From: a virus | Taxonomy: Duplodnaviria; Caudoviricetes | DNA length: 26,935 bases | Direction: 5' to 3' (one strand) | IMG/VR virus record: IMGVR_UViG_3300044742_000172 | Span: 1-26,935 of that record | In this document: piece after piece, positions 24,739 through 26,935 of the stretch | Numbering within the stretch: the first letter of the stretch is position 1 | Layout: each line of letters begins with the position of its first letter | Made by a program: the position numbers and the translations under genes | The notes under the pieces: generated by a model | Databases searched by the model: none | Seen by the model: the letters and a program-made list of their open reading frames with translations, nothing else | Told to the model about the DNA's origin: nothing

Positions 24739-24948
24739 ATGTTCAACATCGAGGCTGGCGATGGCTCGCTGATCGCTCAGGCCGACGACTTCGCCGGGCT
24801 GCGGCTCGCGCTGCGGACGCTGCTCGTCGATGACGGCGAGCCCGGCCCGCTGTGCGTGACGTGGCAGTCGAACCTGACCGCCGGTCGCACGAGCAGCGCG
24901 ACGGCGTTCCTCGACGAGCGCACCGGCGGCGTGGTGATACGGCGATGA
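24739..24948 (+). CDS. Hypothetical protein (MFNIEAGDG...)
   Basis: GGAAGGAG precedes ATG 24739; ATGA overlap with the next gene. Confidence 0.65.
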   Translation: MFNIEAGDGSLIAQADDFAGLRLALRTLLVDDGEPGPLCVTWQSNLTAGRTSSATAFLDERTGGVVIRR

Positions 24949-25856
24949 CCAGGCAGACAGGCAGCAGCCCGGCCGAGCGTGAGGCGCACGCCCGCGTGAA
25001 GGCCGAGCAGAAGTCGAACCTGCTGGCGATCGCGGCCGCGACCAAGCGGCTCGACGCGGCCGCCCGCGTCAGGGCGAAGGCCGACAAGGCCGAGCAGGCC
25101 GCCTGGGCCAAGCACTTCGCCAAGGCGACCGACGCCAGCCTGGCCAGCTGGCAGGCCGCGAGCGACGCGGTCGACAAGGCCAGCGTGCGCGAGCTGCTCG
25201 CGTGCGACTCGGTACGTGCATTGCAGAAGGAACAGCGGGTGCTCGACTCGGGCGACCGTTACACGACGCTGGTCAACCGGATCAGCGCCGACACCGATCG
25301 GAAGGAGCGCAACATGCGGAACTTGAAGGCAGCCAACGAGGCGAACGCGAAGGCACGCAAGGCAGCACCGAAGGCGGCGGCACCGAAGAAGCCGACGAAG
25401 GCCGACGCCGAGCGGGCCATCAGGGCCGCCCTGGCCGGTGACGGCGGCGCGGCTGGCGACAAGCTCGTCAGCGACGTGAAGGCCACCACGACCACGCCGA
25501 AGGCCGCCCCGGCCAAGGCGACCACCACGAAGAAGGAGACGAACATGGCGACGAAGGCAGCGGCAACACCGACGAAGGCAGCGGCCCGTCAGGTCAAGCA
25601 GGCGATCGACGCGACGAAGGCCGACCAGTCCGAGACGGCGGTCGCGGGTATGGCGAAGCTGTACACGAAGGCGATCGTGAAAAAGCAGAACGAGGCGTAC
25701 AAGCCGTACCGCCGGTTCAGGCGCATGTGGCTGAACGCTGGCGAGGGCCGCACGATCGCGCAGGCGCAGGCTGTCGTGCGTGACCGGCTCGGCATCGAGC
25801 AGCCGAAGGCCGCCCCGGCGAAGTCGACGCGCGGCCGCAAGGCGTCGTCGAAGTAA
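24945..25856 (+). CDS. Ala/Lys-rich histone H1-like basic protein with internal in-frame starts
   Basis: KAAPKAAAPKK and PKAAPAK repeats; AAGGAG-N6-ATG at 25314 and 25545. Confidence 0.7.
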   Translation: MTRQTGSSPAEREAHARVKAEQKSNLLAIAAATKRLDAAARVRAKADKAEQAAWAKHFAKATDASLASWQAASDAVDKASVRELLACDSVRALQKEQRVLDSGDRYTTLVNRISADTDRKERNMRNLKAANEANAKARKAAPKAAAPKKPTKADAERAIRAALAGDGGAAGDKLVSDVKATTTTPKAAPAKATTTKKETNMATKAAATPTKAAARQVKQAIDATKADQSETAVAGMAKLYTKAIVKKQNEAYKPYRRFRRMWLNAGEGRTIAQAQAVVRDRLGIEQPKAAPAKSTRGRKASSK

Positions 25857-25933
25857 CACCGCAGAGTCAACTGTCGCGAGCGCGGGTCGCCCACGGGCGG
25901 CCCGTTCGCGTGCTGAAGGAAGGAGACACCATC

Positions 25934-26221
25934 GTGAAGATCATGTTTGCCATCGTCGTCGCCTGTGTCGCCCTCGTGGGCGCAGGTCAGGCGGCGGCCA
26001 GCTCGGCCCCGTACGACACGCAGGCGCGTGCTGTCAGGGCCGGGGTGAACCTGTTCGGCTGCTACCGCTGGTCGGTCGAGCGGCACGGCCCGCCGCACCG
26101 CTACCTGTGCATGTGGCAGACCAGGGCAGACGCGGCCGTGCAGGCCGCGCATTTCGTCGTGTACCGGCTCGACCCTGACTGCGTGACCGTTGTGCGGCGG
26201 TACACGCGCCACTACTACTAA
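25934..26221 (+). CDS. Small secreted protein
   Basis: Signal peptide MKIMFAIVVACVALVGAGQAAA; AAGGAAGGAG precedes GTG 25934. Confidence 0.65.
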   Translation: MKIMFAIVVACVALVGAGQAAASSAPYDTQARAVRAGVNLFGCYRWSVERHGPPHRYLCMWQTRADAAVQAAHFVVYRLDPDCVTVVRRYTRHYY

Positions 26222-26269
26222 GATCGCCCGGCACATGCGCCATCCCCTCGTTGGCGCGTCGGGTGTACG

Positions 26270-26303
26270 GCAGGGGCCGCCTGTGCCCACGGGCGGCCCC
26301 TGC
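26270..26303. terminator. GC-rich stem-loop
   Basis: GCAGGGGCCGCC...GGCGGCCCCTGC, 12-bp stem downstream of the stop at 26221. Confidence 0.6.
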
Positions 26304-26368
26304 TAGATGTACCAGGGGCGCCATGCTGCTGCGGCGTATGGCGTCCCGCCCCTGATGCCCCTGTGAGC

Positions 26369-26386
26369 CCACCATTCGCCCCGTAC
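26369..26386. repeat. 18-bp direct repeat, copy 2
   Basis: Exact match to 15906..15923. Confidence 0.85.
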
Positions 26387-26399
26387 CGGACAGGCGGCC

Positions 26400-26510
26400 G
26401 TGGGTAGGCTCGACAGGGTGATCGCCTGGGCCGCGCTCGTGACGACCGTGGCGGCCGTGACGCTGACCGTGGTCGAGCTTGTGCTGCTCGTGATCTGGCT
26501 GCTCGGGTAG
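26400..26510 (+). CDS. Possible 36-aa membrane peptide (not in ORF track)
   Basis: MGRLDRVIAWAALVTTVAAVTLTVVELVLLVIWLLG; strongly hydrophobic, weak RBS. Confidence 0.45.
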   Translation: MGRLDRVIAWAALVTTVAAVTLTVVELVLLVIWLLG

Positions 26511-26521
26511 CAGGCGGGATA

Positions 26522-26549
26522 GGGGCCGCCCGGTGCGACGAGCGGCCCC
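26522..26549. terminator. Stem-loop between convergent genes
   Basis: GGGGCCGC-12 nt-GCGGCCCC between the plus-strand peptide and the holin. Confidence 0.55.
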
Positions 26550-26622
26550 GCCCGCTTGATGCACTCGGCCGCCTATTGGCGGCCAGGTCGCGATGCGACA
26601 CGCGACCTCCCGGCCGGTGATG

Positions 26623-26898
26623 TTACTTCTTCAGGCGCGGGTCCGTCTCGAGCTGCGTGCCTTTCGCCTGCGCCGCACGGATACCGGCGGCGCAGGCGCC
26701 GCTGATCGCCGCGAAGATCAGGGCGGCCCCGGCGTTCCAGTCGACGGTGCCGTCGGCGACGTTCTCGGCCAGGCCCGACCATATGACGGCCGCCTGCGCG
26801 ATCAGGGCTGCGATGAACGCCCTGGCGAAGCTGAGCCCGATCCGACGCCAGAACAGGCCAGTCAGGCTGTCGTTCGTGCTGGTCGTGTTCGTTGCCAT
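26623..26898 (-). CDS. Putative holin (r1t-like)
   Basis: 91 aa, two hydrophobic segments, FW...RAF...VDW pattern, charged C-terminus; GGAGGA RBS. Confidence 0.65.
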   Translation of the reverse strand: MATNTTSTNDSLTGLFWRRIGLSFARAFIAALIAQAAVIWSGLAENVADGTVDWNAGAALIFAAISGACAAGIRAAQAKGTQLETDPRLKK

Positions 26899-26935
26899 GC
26901 TGTCCTCCAGTCCGAGTGTTGCCTTGATCCAGTGG

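Noticed and set aside
24777-25859. 360-aa minus-strand ORF
   Set aside because: Leu/Arg-rich antisense of the Ala/Lys-rich plus-strand gene, which has RBS support.
15906-26386. 18-bp repeat as attL/attR of an integrated element
   Set aside because: No recombinase or tRNA seen and phage genes continue on both sides; kept only as an unexplained repeat.
1-26935. CRISPR array, tRNA, intron/intein or diversity-generating retroelement
   Set aside because: No regularly spaced repeats, cloverleaf, intein motifs or reverse transcriptase recognised by eye; tRNAscan/Infernal not run.
1-26935. Apparent abundance of TCGA/GTCGAC/CGATCG as a modification-target signature
   Set aside because: Explicable by GTC/CTC/ATC-GAC/GAG codon pairs in high-GC genes; needs a Markov-model k-mer test that could not be run.

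Overview
A high-GC (actinobacterial-type) tailed-phage segment. Almost all genes are on the minus strand and many are translationally coupled. In transcription order (right to left) it carries: a holin ending the late operon; a small divergent plus-strand cluster including an Ala/Lys-rich histone-like protein; an early/recombination/replication region (DUF932, Lsr2-like Zn protein, ERF annealing protein, Gam/Gp157-like protein, HNH, SF2 helicase, initiator-like protein, DnaA boxes); two polysaccharide-lyase-like enzymes sharing a duplicated Pro-linker/TDPC/helical tail; a DNA-hypermodification cassette (ParB-like, PD-(D/E)xK-like nuclease, TET-associated glycosyltransferase, TET/JBP dioxygenase); a packaging HNH, a YegP-like protein and a probable cos site; then TerS, TerL, portal, prohead protease, HK97-fold capsid and small virion genes. 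No integrase, CI-type repressor, DNA methyltransferase, DNA polymerase, tRNA or CRISPR array was recognised. All calls come from reading motifs by eye; no database search was run, and many start codons were re-assigned relative to the ORF track.
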